Source of the DNA: Octopus vulgaris
Taxonomy: Eukaryota
Assembly: GCA_951406725.2 (NCBI GenBank)
Contig: OX597819.1
Span: 24,924,001 to 24,988,000 of the forward strand
Length of the DNA stretch: 64,000 bases
Direction of reading: 5' to 3'
Part shown: positions 53,244 through 64,000 of the stretch, piece after piece
How positions within the stretch are numbered: the stretch's first letter is position 1
Layout of the letters: each line of letters begins with the position of its first letter
Translations under genes and position numbers: made by a program
Notes under the pieces: generated by a model
What the model saw: only the letters and a program-made list of their open reading frames with translations
What the model was told of the DNA's origin: nothing
Database searches by the model: none

Positions 53244-53630
53244 GAGAGAGATTTAATGTGTATTGAGTTATATTCATGTATGCATATATACATAGGTATA
53301 TATACATATAAATACATATATTTGATATATAGGCATCTCTGATTTTATGGAGATGCTGCATTCCTGAAAATCCTGCCCTGACATGGAATTCTCTTACACA
53401 AAACCTATTTTCCCATCAACTACAATGCTAAACAACATGGACGTCAATGGGAAAATAGGTTTTGCGTTACAAAATTCCATATTATGGTAAAATTTTGAGG
53501 AATGTAGTGCTTTTGTAACATGGTAGATGCATATATGTGAATGAATTGAATTGTGTATATATAATTTATATAAAAAATCACTCTATTTGATAAGATCATA
53601 ATTGTGGTAATTGTGACATGATATTAATGC

Positions 53631-53671
<41 letters not shown>

Positions 53672-54034
53672 AATGTGTTTTGTTTTTGTGTATTTGTATG
53701 GATTAATCAGATCTGTCAAGCTACATGTGTATGTGACCACAACAAGTGAACAAATGTTCTCATTGTCGTAATCTTCATCAATTTAATTAATAGCGGTGTT
53801 TGCATACTTAAACAGATTAGAAAGATTTAACTGCCAACATACCAACACACATATCTTTATAAATAAACATATGAACAACGTCTGTTGACATTACATAAAT
53901 GTAATGAAGGATTTCATTTCTTAGGACTTGATACTACTTCTGCTACTAGTATAAATGTAAGTACTAAACTTTATTAATGCTCCTAATACTATTATGAAGC
54001 TTTAACAAAAGTTAAAATATTAAACTAACCAGTG

Positions 54035-54843
54035 TCATCATCCTCATCATCATCATCATCATCATCATCATCGTTTAACGTCCGCTTTCCATGCTAGCAT
54101 GGGTTGGACGGTTCAACTGGGGTCTGGGAAGCCCGAAGGCTGCACCAGGCTCCAGTCTGATCTGGCAGTGTTTCTACAGCTGGATGCCCTTCCTAACGCC
54201 AACCACTCCATGAGTGTAGTGGGTGTGGGTGCTTTTTCATCATCATCATTACCATTGTTGTTTTGTGTTTTCTCTCCATGTTAGCATGGGTCGGTTGAGT
54301 CATCATGGTCCAAGTTCTTATTTGAAATTACTGTTCTCCTTGATGTGGTCAGAAACCCATGTCTCTTTCATTTTTGGTTTGTTTTCTATGGTTGAATGCC
54401 CTTCCTATCACTAACCACTGTACAGAGTTTATTGGGTGCATTTTATTGTGCCACCAGTTTTAAAGACATCATGTCTTTGATGAGACTAAAAGGTCCTCTT
54501 GACCAACCCATTATCATCTGTACTTATTAGCCAAGCACTTCACAAAGTATATTGAGTGCATTTTATCATGATACCAGCATGAGCATGGTTGCATTGTAAC
54601 TGTTTAAAATTGATGACTTCACGCTATTCTGTGATAAGCTCACAGCCTCGCCTGGCACCTGTGCAGGTGGCATGTAAAAAGCACCCACTACACTCAAGGA
54701 GTGGTTGGCGTTAGGAAGGGCATCCAGCTGTAGAAACACTGCCAGATCAGACTGGAGCCTGGTGCAGCCTTCTGGCTTCCCAGATCCCCGGTTGAACCGT
54801 CCAACCCATGCTAGCATGGAGAACGGACGTTAAACGATGATGA

Positions 54844-54846
<3 letters not shown>
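54035..54846. mobile_element. Divergently oriented family C copies (54035-54233 on -, 54645-54846 on +) around an older related fragment
   Basis: Near reverse-complementary ~190-bp ends. Confidence 0.85.
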
Positions 54847-54894
<48 letters not shown>

Positions 54895-55504
54895 TACATA
54901 TATATGCATACATATATATGCATACATACACACATACTCAAACACATATACGACGGGCTTCTTCAGTTTCAGGCCACTGGATCTACTTAAAAGACTTTGG
55001 CTTGGGAAGACATATGTCCAAGGTACCATGCAGTGGGACTGAACCTGAAACTACATTACAGGGAAGCGAACTTCTTAGCCACACAATCATACCTGTTTCT
55101 ATCTTGGTAGGAAATATTTCCAAAGACTTGCCTAACTAATGAATAATAATTAACCCATAGAGCCCAGATGGCATCATTACAATTGTTTTGCTCAGTCCAT
55201 CTAAATGCTATGTCTAACCCAATTTTCAGCTGCAAGGAATTATATCAGAAAAATATTAGCATGTAAAAGACTACCTTTATCATTGACCAACCAGTGACTA
55301 TTAGTTTGTCACATTAATAAATATAATTTGCTGATTATATATAATATATGAATGTGAATATAATTAGTTAATGGTATACACAATAAAAAAAACAAATAGG
55401 ACTTAAAAGAATATTTTCCTTACTATTTCCTTTCTCCTCTTCATTTTTACACTTACTAACATTGTTGTTTGATGTTCTGTAATGGTTTCTTTCTTTATTA
55501 CATA

Positions 55505-55902
55505 CTAGCAGTATCGCCCGGCGTTGCTCGGGTTTGTAAGGGAAATAACTATATAAGCATTTTTAGAGATGTAAAGTATAATAGCCATCTCAATATGGCT
55601 AACCACAAAGGGGGGGGGTGTTACTGTAGCTTTTTACGTTCTGAGATTTAATAATAAATTTTTAGAGAGTTACTTCCTTTATATATGCCAAAAATGCATT
55701 AAAAATGGGAAAAATTGATGGTAAATAATTTTTTAAATCGTAGACTCATCGTAGATGCGCGCTAATACCCAGAAGGGCTCAATATGAATCACGACTATAA
55801 GATACCCGGTTTTGGTTAAACTGCATCGCAAAATGTGGGAGTAGTTAGGAATCTAAATCGTAGGAGACAGACAGCACACAACCTCTCTTTTATATATAAA
55901 GA
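55505..55902 (-). mobile_element. Non-autonomous Helitron, copy 4, with an extra internal segment
   Basis: Same termini; about 55570-55658 is absent from the other three copies. Confidence 0.85.
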
Positions 55903-56507
55903 TTGCTAAAATAGGCAATCTTAAATGCTGTGGTGACATATACAGTAATTGAAAAATTGCAAGACTAGACTTGTTTTCCTGCTAATCTTCTTTGGTTAAT
56001 TTAAAATGACCAGCATTGTAATATATGAGTGCAGACATGGTTATGTGGTCAAGAAGTTTGCTTTGCAACCACATGGGCTTGTGTTCAGTCTTAATGAGAA
56101 GCACTAGAGGTAAGTGTCTTTCAGCATTAGCACAGCCCCAAGTGGACCAAAGCCTTCTAATTGAAATTGGGTAAATGGAAATCATGTGGAGGCCTGCTGT
56201 TTCAGTCATTGGGTGACAATCTGTTGTCCAGTTTAACACCAATACCAGGTTCTTTGGTACCTTTAAACTTGGTAGAATGGTTGTCCTTTGTCTTAAGACA
56301 TTTGAAAAAAAAAGAAACGCAAACTCTAAAACAAGAATAATTTTCCATCTGTTTTGAAGTATTGGTTAAATAGCTTTATATTCTTTACATATCTTTTGGG
56401 CAATTAACTTTTGATTAATTAATTGCAGTTTGTTTCTGAGAAATTAGTAGAATTTAATGTTTCATGTAATGGGGAAACTAGAAAATAAAAAAGAAAATTG
56501 CTAATGT

Positions 56508-56539
<32 letters not shown>

Positions 56540-57514
56540 AGAGAGGCATGTATATGAATGTTTTTTAAATGTATATAAAATTTTTAAAGAGCCAACTTTG
56601 GATAAAGTAGTACTTGAAAATTTTCTTCATTGAGATGAAAAACAAAACCGATTATGATTAAATTGAAATTTTGAGTGAATTTTTATAAGAGAGGTGAAGG
56701 TAAATATGATTAAATATGATTGATGTCAATACTTGCTTGGCTTTATTGATAGGTTCCTGCTCTAAAGTAGCTGGTGATAGGGAGGACATCCTGCCATCAA
56801 AAAAATATATACCATATACAACATCAAAGACTGGCAGTTTTTCTGTTTCTTCATGTGCCAAATAGCAAAGGACTGTGATTAGAAGTGAACCTCTGAGATC
56901 CTTCCAGTCCATGCAAGCATGGAAAGAAATTAATGTAAATGTTGAAATGTAGATCCACATGGGAAGAAAGGCAACATTGGCTATGATGGAATTTGAAGTT
57001 GGATATGACAGGCAGCTAACTGAACATAGTATTGCATGTTTATTCTGGCTGATTATCATTCTTTCTCTAGCAGTGCTGGGTTGTAAAAAAGACACCCATG
57101 CCAGTGCCACATGAAAAGCACTAGTGACAGTACCATATAAAAAGCAGCCAACACAGTTTAGAAAGTGGTTGGTGTTAGGAAGGGCATCCAGCTGCAGAAA
57201 CCAAACTAAATCAGACTGGGACCTTGTCCAGCTTGCCAGCTCTGGTCACACCGTCCAACCCATGTAAGCATGGGAAACAGGTGTTGAATGATGATGATAA
57301 ACCAAGGTATGGCTGTTTGCTTAAGAAGTGTATTTTACAACAATGCGATTGTGGGTTCACTCCTACTCTGCAGCACTTTGGTTGAACGTTTTCTATGATA
57401 GTTTTGGATCAATCAAAGTGTGTGAAAATCGGTTGGTAGAATCTATGTAGAAGCCCATCAGAAAGAATGTTTTCATGTGGCATTCTTAAACTGTTCTCCA
57501 TTTGAAACCTGTCA

Positions 57515-57606
57515 TTGGGCTCTTGGAAGCCTTTAGCAGAATCCAATTTGCTGAAAGCACTTGAGTCAGAAATCTTAGTTTGGATAACTACCTTCTTTGC
57601 TTTCAC
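57515..57606 (-). mobile_element. Possible Ty3/gypsy reverse-transcriptase fragment
   Basis: TKISDSSAFSKLDSAKGF resembles the FSKLD...GF RT motif; very short. Confidence 0.35.
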
Positions 57607-57689
57607 CCATTTTGGAAACTCTGGAAATGTGATGGGAGAAGCCTTTACCTTTTCCTGATTATTTTCTTTTTTCCCTTTATCATTTATTT

Positions 57690-57895
57690 TTCACTTGTTT
57701 CAGGCATTGAACAGTGACTGTGCTGGACCACTGCCTTGAAGGGTTTAGTGGAGCAAGTCACCCTCATTACTTACTTTTTTAAAAAAAAGTTTGGCACTTA
57801 TTCTATCAGTAACTTTGCAGAACCACTAAGTTATGGGTATGTAAACAAACTAACACCAGTTGTCAAGTGACTGTAGTGGTGATAGAACAACTTGC

Positions 57896-57934
<39 letters not shown>

Positions 57935-58105
57935 ATATATGTATTCATGACAAGCTTCCTCAGTTTTGTGTACCAAATTTATTCACAAGGTATTGGCTAG
58001 TCTTGAGCTGCCATGATAGAAGACACTTTCCTACAGTGTCATTCAGTGGGACTGAACTGAATTAAAGGTTGCAAAGCTAGCTTCTTAACCACACAGTCAT
58101 GCTTG
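57690..58105 (-). mobile_element. Old family A SINE
   Basis: Degenerate tail, (CA)n centre, CAGTGGGACTGAAC...AACCACACAG. Confidence 0.7.
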
Positions 58106-58354
58106 CCTTTGTAAGTTTCTAAGTTAAAAAAGGAAAAGACGAAAAACAAAATACAGACGGAAAATGTGAGATTTGCTTAGAAATACAATTGAGTAGTTGA
58201 GAATGTCAGTCCTTGGTTAAAGATATTTGTGATGTTGATAAAATAATTTGAAACGAGAAATAGGTACTTAGCCATATATTCCCACAATTTGCTTTTAAAT
58301 TCCTACAATGTTTTTAATGTCATTTTTTTCTCTGTTTTTTATTGTCTGGTTTAA

Positions 58355-58574
58355 CCCTTTTGTTACCGTATTCCTGTTGAGATGCTCTGTGTTTCTTTCA
58401 ATTATTTTAAATATAACAAAGAATTTTGTAAAATAACTTGGTTATCATTCAGCTGGTGTTAGATACATAAATTGTGACTAAAGTTTGGTGGAAGATTTTG
58501 ATTCAAAACTTATGAAAACAAGGTATTTGTACCCAGAACCAGAGCCGGTTTCAGCCAGGTTGGTAACAAAAGGG
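58355..58574. mobile_element. piggyBac-type MITE (220 bp)
   Basis: TTAA TSD on both sides; perfect 13-bp TIR CCCTTTTGTTACC / GGTAACAAAAGGG. Confidence 0.92.
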
Positions 58575-58968
58575 TTAATCATAGGAAGAACAGTGCCCAT
58601 ACCTTTTTTGAATGATTCTGAGAAGGCTGGGAGTAAGTCATCTGCTGATTGGAGACATAGCTTGAATTCTTGCAGCAGAGTGGACTCTACTAAAGTCGCT
58701 CAAAGAGTAGACAGGGATTTTAGAATTTGGTGATGGATTAAATCTGATGACATACAAGCATACTTATTGAATATGTATATGGCTCACTATTCCACTCCAC
58801 CATAACTTACATTAAATAACCTTCAATAAAATGTTTGTTTAGACTGAAATATTTCTAATGAACACCAAAACAACTAACCATTGAACTACTAAAAACTACA
58901 GACTGTAAAAAATAAAAGAAGAGATAGAATGAATGGAATCAACATAGCGCTTGTTTTCATAGTTTAGA

Positions 58969-59356
58969 TTACTCTTTTACTTGTTTCAGTCATTTGACTG
59001 CGGCCATGCTGGAGCACCGCCTTTTAATCGAGCAACTCGACCCCGGGACTTATTCTTTTGTAAGCCCAGTACTTATTCTACCGGTCTCTTTTGCTGAACC
59101 GCTAAGTAACGGGGACATAAACACACCAGCATCGGTTGGCAAGCAATGCTTGGGGGACAAACACACACACGCATATATATATATATATACATATATACGA
59201 CGGGCTTCTTTCAGTTTCCATCCACCAAATCCACTCACAAGGCTTTGGTCGGCCCGAGGCTATAGTAGAAGACACTTGCCCAAGGTGCCACGCAGTGGGA
59301 CTGAACCCGGAACCATGTGGTTGGTAAACAAGCTACTTACCACACAGCCACTCCTG
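58969..59356 (-). mobile_element. SINE family A, full length, young variant
   Basis: Matches the 27417 copy. Confidence 0.9.
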
Positions 59357-60369
59357 GAAATGATAATTTAATCTTTTTCTCTTTACTTCCTTGTTTTTGT
59401 TATATTCTCTCTCTCTTTCTCTTTCTTGCTCCCTTTCTCACTCAGACATTCATTTTCTATTGTAAATTTGTTATTCTTCATTTCTCATGTTTTCACTCTT
59501 TTACTGTTTACCTTCTCTTTTTGCTGCTCGACATCCATACTTTCAGTTTCGTTTTTCAGTGCCTCACTTCCTATGTGTGTGTGTGTGTGTGTGTGTGCAT
59601 ACAGGTATGGCTATATAGTTAAGAAGTTTGCTTTAGAACCGCATGGCTTGCATTTTGCACCGTTTGTGCTTACACTTTCAGCTGGTATCCACTACAATGC
59701 TGTGTGTGTGTATGAAATTTGGTAGATATAAACAGAAGGAAACCTGTTGTTTGTGTGTGTATAGTGATTGAGTTCACATTTCCCTTGTTTTAACATGTGC
59801 CTGCTGATTGTAAAATGAAGTATCTCAGTTCGTAGAAATATTTAGGGACAAATCTCTCTATGAAAAGGATTTCCAGGTTGTTTCTTGTTTGATAGATTAT
59901 CATTTAACTTGGGAACAGGTAAGGGTTGCCAACAGAAAGAACATCCACATCAATGAAATCTTGTTTGACTTTGCAAGCATGGCAAAATAGACTTTAAAAT
60001 GATGACTTGGTGATGATTGTGAAGTGAATTTTTTCAACCAGATGGTTATGCCTGCACCTATAGTTTAATTTTCCTATATGAATATGAAGGACTAAGTTTC
60101 CATTGTGTTTAGTTGTTGTTTAACCCCAGGTCAGCTCTGTTTGAATTGATCTAAAATTGAGGACATTCCAGCAAACCCATCATGTTTTTATTCACACAGC
60201 TTAATGCAGATAGTAGTGATTGTAGAGTAGTTTGGCTGATATTTCTAGCAGGCAGAGTGACCATGTTGGGGCTCCCCTGTTTGCTCAGTGTTTTGAAGAT
60301 TTTGTTTGTAGTAGTCTACAGAAAAGTAAAGAGAAGACAAAAACATGTAAATAATATTGGTGTGTCTGT

Positions 60370-60570
60370 AAGGCAGTAAGCTGGCAGAGTTGTTAGTATG
60401 CCGGGCAAAATGAAGTATTTCTGTTCTGAGTTCAAATTCCGCCGAGGTTGACTTTGACTTTCATCATTTTGAAGTCAATAAAATAAGTACTTGTTGGGCA
60501 CTGGGGTTGATGTAATTGACTTATCCACTTTCCCCAAAATTGCTGGCCTTGTGCTCAAATTTGAAACCAA
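60370..60570 (+). mobile_element. SINE family B, older variant
   Basis: AAGCTGGCAGAG head and core motifs. Confidence 0.8.
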
Positions 60571-60582
60571 TATAAATTTGAA

Positions 60583-60992
60583 GTGGCTGTGTGGTAAGTA
60601 GCTTGTCTACCAACCACATGGTTCCGGGTTCAGTCCCACTGCGTGGCACCTTGGGTAAGTGTCTTCTACTAGAGCCTCGGGCCGACCAGAGCCTTGTGAC
60701 TGGATTTGGTAGACGGAAACTGAAAGAAGCCCGTCGTATATATCTATATATATATATATATATACGTGTGTGTGTTTGTGTGTCTGTGTTTGTCCCCTAG
60801 CATTGCTTGACAACCGATGCTGGTGTGTTTATGTCCCCGTTACTTAGCGGTTCGGCAAAAGAGACCGATAGAATAAGTACTGGGCTTACAAAAGAATAAG
60901 TCACGGGGTCGAGTTGCTCGATTAAAGGCGGTGCTCCAGCATGGCCGCAATCAAATGACTGAAACAAGTAAAAGAGTAAAGAGTAAAGAGTA
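60583..60992 (+). mobile_element. SINE family A, near full length, young variant
   Basis: Reverse complement of 58969-59356. Confidence 0.9.
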
Positions 60993-61304
60993 TCAAAAAT
61001 TGACATTTTTGATTTTGCTGACCTTCACATTCTTTGTTATCTTTCAAATCCTTTAAAGTCACAACCCAAGCACTCTCATTGTAATTCCTGTCAGAAAATT
61101 TCCTAGAAATTGTGCTAACGCTATTTTTCAATGAATGCATTTATTTATTTTTTTTTCTTATTTCACAAAGCATAATAACAGAAAATCTCTGAAAGTTAAC
61201 AGCAACAAAATAAATTTCTTTTCTCAAATCCACATGAAAATTTTTATCCCCCCTATTTTTTCATTTCTTTTTTTTTGTGAAACCTTTTCTTTCTCCCTCC
61301 CCCT

Positions 61305-61559
61305 CTATGTGTCTGTCTGTCTATTTGTCTGTTTGTCTGTCTGTTTGTCTATCTATCTGTTTGTCTATCAATCAGTCTGTCTGTCTGTCTGTCTGTCTAT
61401 GTATCTATCTGTCTGTCTATCTTTCTATCTAGCTGTCTGTCTATCTTTCTAGCTGTCTGTCTATCTTTCTATCTGTCTGTCTATCTTTCTATCTATCTGT
61501 CTGTCTATCTATGTGTCTGTCTGTCTATTTGGCTGTTTGTCTATCTGTTTGTCTATCTA

Positions 61560-61618
<59 letters not shown>

Positions 61619-61695
61619 TTCTATCTTTCTGTCTGTCTTTCTATCTATCTGTCTGTCTGTCTATCTGTTTGTCTATCTATCTGTTTGTCTATCTA

Positions 61696-61770
<75 letters not shown>

Positions 61771-61869
61771 TTCTATCTGTCTGTTTGTCTATGTATCTAT
61801 CTGTCTGTCTATCTTTCTATCTATCTGTCTATCTATCTTTCTATCTGTCTGTCTGTCTATCTGTCTATG

Positions 61870-61905
<36 letters not shown>
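61305..61905. repeat. (TCTG/TCTA)n tetranucleotide microsatellite
   Basis: Direct inspection. Confidence 0.97.
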
Positions 61906-61906
<1 letters not shown>

Positions 61907-62307
61907 TCACCCTTTCTTTCTCTCTCCCATAATGTAATCAACCGTCACTGATATTTACCATTCTTACCATTTTCTACCTAACAGCCTCAGCACAAGTTTT
62001 ACTGCTTGCAAACCCTCACCAAAAAACTCATATCTATTTTTGTTATTTTAGTTATGCCATAGAACATACACTAACATGCATACTCACTCGTGCCCATGGC
62101 TACATGCAGACACATTCACACGACCTACAAACATACACAGATGTGCATGCAGACATCACATACTCGTGCACACACATTCATATCCTTACTTGTATCTATT
62201 TTTGTTTATCCAAACTTACTGTGAATAATTTTCTTACAATATCTGTGCTTGTATGTGCAAACAAATATGTGTGATTGCTTGCACAAATATGTTCATGCAT
62301 AAGTGTA

Positions 62308-62338
<31 letters not shown>

Positions 62339-63137
62339 TTGTGTGTGTGTCTGTGTGTGTGTATGCATGCACACATGTGTTGACACAGAAATATGTTTCT
62401 TCCTGGTGTTGTTTCTAGAACTTGAATGTCATAATAGTCAACAAGCATAACTAAATACATCAACTACATTATTTGTACATGTGGCTACCAACTGATGCTG
62501 GAGTATGTTGACATGCACACACACAGACACACACACACACACATGCACACAATGTATATGCATGTGCAACCATATACATGCAGGTTCCCGTATACACACA
62601 TGAGTTTATCCACATTCATGAATGCATCTGCATGTACACAGACAGTTATTATAAGCTTGTATATGTGTATACATACCTGCACACCAAGTCTATGCTAATA
62701 TATATATATATATACACAAAATATAAAAGTTGCTACTTAAAGTTAGATATGTACAACTACCCAGCATACGCTTATAATGAAATCATATGTAAATCATATT
62801 GTCCCAAAATCTAGGAAAATATAATTGTTTAACTCTTGGTTAGTTTTCATTGGGTAAACTTTTAATCAATCAAATATTATTTAGTTGTGACCATTCTTAA
62901 GTACAGAGAACTCAAGATGATATTATATAATGATATTACACAAATTATTAGACAGTAAAGAGTGATTTGAGAGGTTTGGTAGTCTTTCTCCATCAGGTCA
63001 GGTCACTATGTTGAAACACTGGCTTACATAAGGATTTGTCTTATATTCCTTAGAAAGAGATATCATTTGATTCTCCTTTTAGTCTCTCTTATTTTTCTCA
63101 ACCGTATTTGTGCACATAAATGAAATTCTCTTCGTTC

Positions 63138-63270
63138 TATTATCTTATCTTTAGTTTCAGCCAAAGGGCTGTGGCCATGCCAGGTACTGCCATTCAAATC
63201 TAAATAGCAGAGCACAGTTTCAAGCATAGACCTCTGGGTTATGGGTCCAGCAGTCTTCCACTGTGCCACT
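63138..63270 (-). pseudogene. Initiator tRNA-Met-derived sequence (63205-63270) fused to a LINE-type tail (mini-SINE)
   Basis: - strand AGTGGCACAGTGGAAGACTGCTGGACCCATAACCCAGAGGTC...CTCTGCTA resembles eukaryotic tRNA-iMet (anticodon CAT). 5' acceptor strand missing, T arm damaged. Followed by GCATGGCCACAGCCCTTTGGCTGAAACTAAAGATAAGATAA. Confidence 0.75.
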
Positions 63271-63774
63271 TATATAAATAGTTTCATTACAGATACATCA
63301 CATTTTTTTTTAACATGACTTTGAAAAAGGAAGATGTGTGGGACTCATGACATTTTTCAGGACTTCAAATGCAGTTGGGAGAAAAGAAGAGAGTTATCCT
63401 CAAACTGGAAACTTGGCTTGAATGATAACAACAGTTTCAACTCCACTAAAGGTACCCAAAAGCTGGGTAGGGATATTAAATTGAGTCAACTATGCAATGA
63501 TTCTTCATTCAAATCATGTTTGACTGCATCTTCCATCTGTCTGTAGATCAGTAAAATATGCAACAGTAATAAACTGGTTGTGTTTGTCAAATATATGTGT
63601 CCCTGTTCTTAAAAAAACAATCCATTTCTCTATGTACTTAATAAATATTGTCAAAGAATTAAAATACTATTTACTGTTGGTTATATATTTTACTTAAAAC
63701 CATTGTCATCAATTAGTTGGTGTATTGATGGCATCCAGATATAGATGCATATGGTAGAAAAGGTAGAAGTAAAA

Positions 63775-64000
63775 TGGTGGCACGTAAAAAGCACCATCCG
63801 AATCGTGGCCGAAGCCAGTGCCGCCTCAACTGGCTTCCGTGCAGGTGGCATGTAAAATGCACCAATCCGACCGTGGCCGATGCCAGCCTCGCCTGGCACC
63901 AGTGCAGGTGGCACGTAAAAAGCACCCACTACACTCTCGGAGTGGTTGACGTTAGGAAGGGCATCCAGCTGTAGAAACTTTCCCAGATCCCCGGTCGAAC
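63775..64000 (+). mobile_element. RTE LINE 3' UTR (family C), runs off the window
   Basis: GGTGGCACGTAAAAAGCACC repeats and GTTAGGAAGGGCATCCAGC. Confidence 0.85.

Noticed and set aside
61135-61951. CLSV-repeat ORFs
   Set aside because: (TCTG/TCTA)n microsatellite
63205-63270. Functional tRNA-iMet gene
   Set aside because: Acceptor 5' strand missing, T arm mutated, fused to a retroelement tail
63361-63451. 91-nt exon candidate open in phase 0 (DFKCSWEKRR...)
   Set aside because: Weak pyrimidine tract and donor; peptide unrecognised

Overview
AT-rich, repeat-saturated animal genomic DNA with no long protein-coding ORF. Nearly all ORF-track entries are microsatellite or SINE artefacts. The repeat set and microsatellite load look like an octopod cephalopod (recognised from memory, not searched). 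The window holds tRNA-derived SINE families, 3' ends of RTE, CR1-like and R4/Dong-like LINEs, four non-autonomous Helitrons, Tc1, mariner and hAT fossils, a piggyBac-type MITE and kilobase-scale microsatellites. CpG is retained up to about 15 kb and depleted beyond. This suggests a promoter near 13.7-14.9 kb followed by a long, methylated, mostly intronic + strand gene body with candidate micro-exons. Most notable: (1) two unrelated short retroelement families with minimal hammerhead ribozymes, one being a tRNA-headed element inserted as a head-to-head palindrome in a Tc1 fossil; (2) a speculative chain of five tiny exons that splice in frame; (3) several locally templated duplications; (4) a LINE tail shared by two different SINEs.
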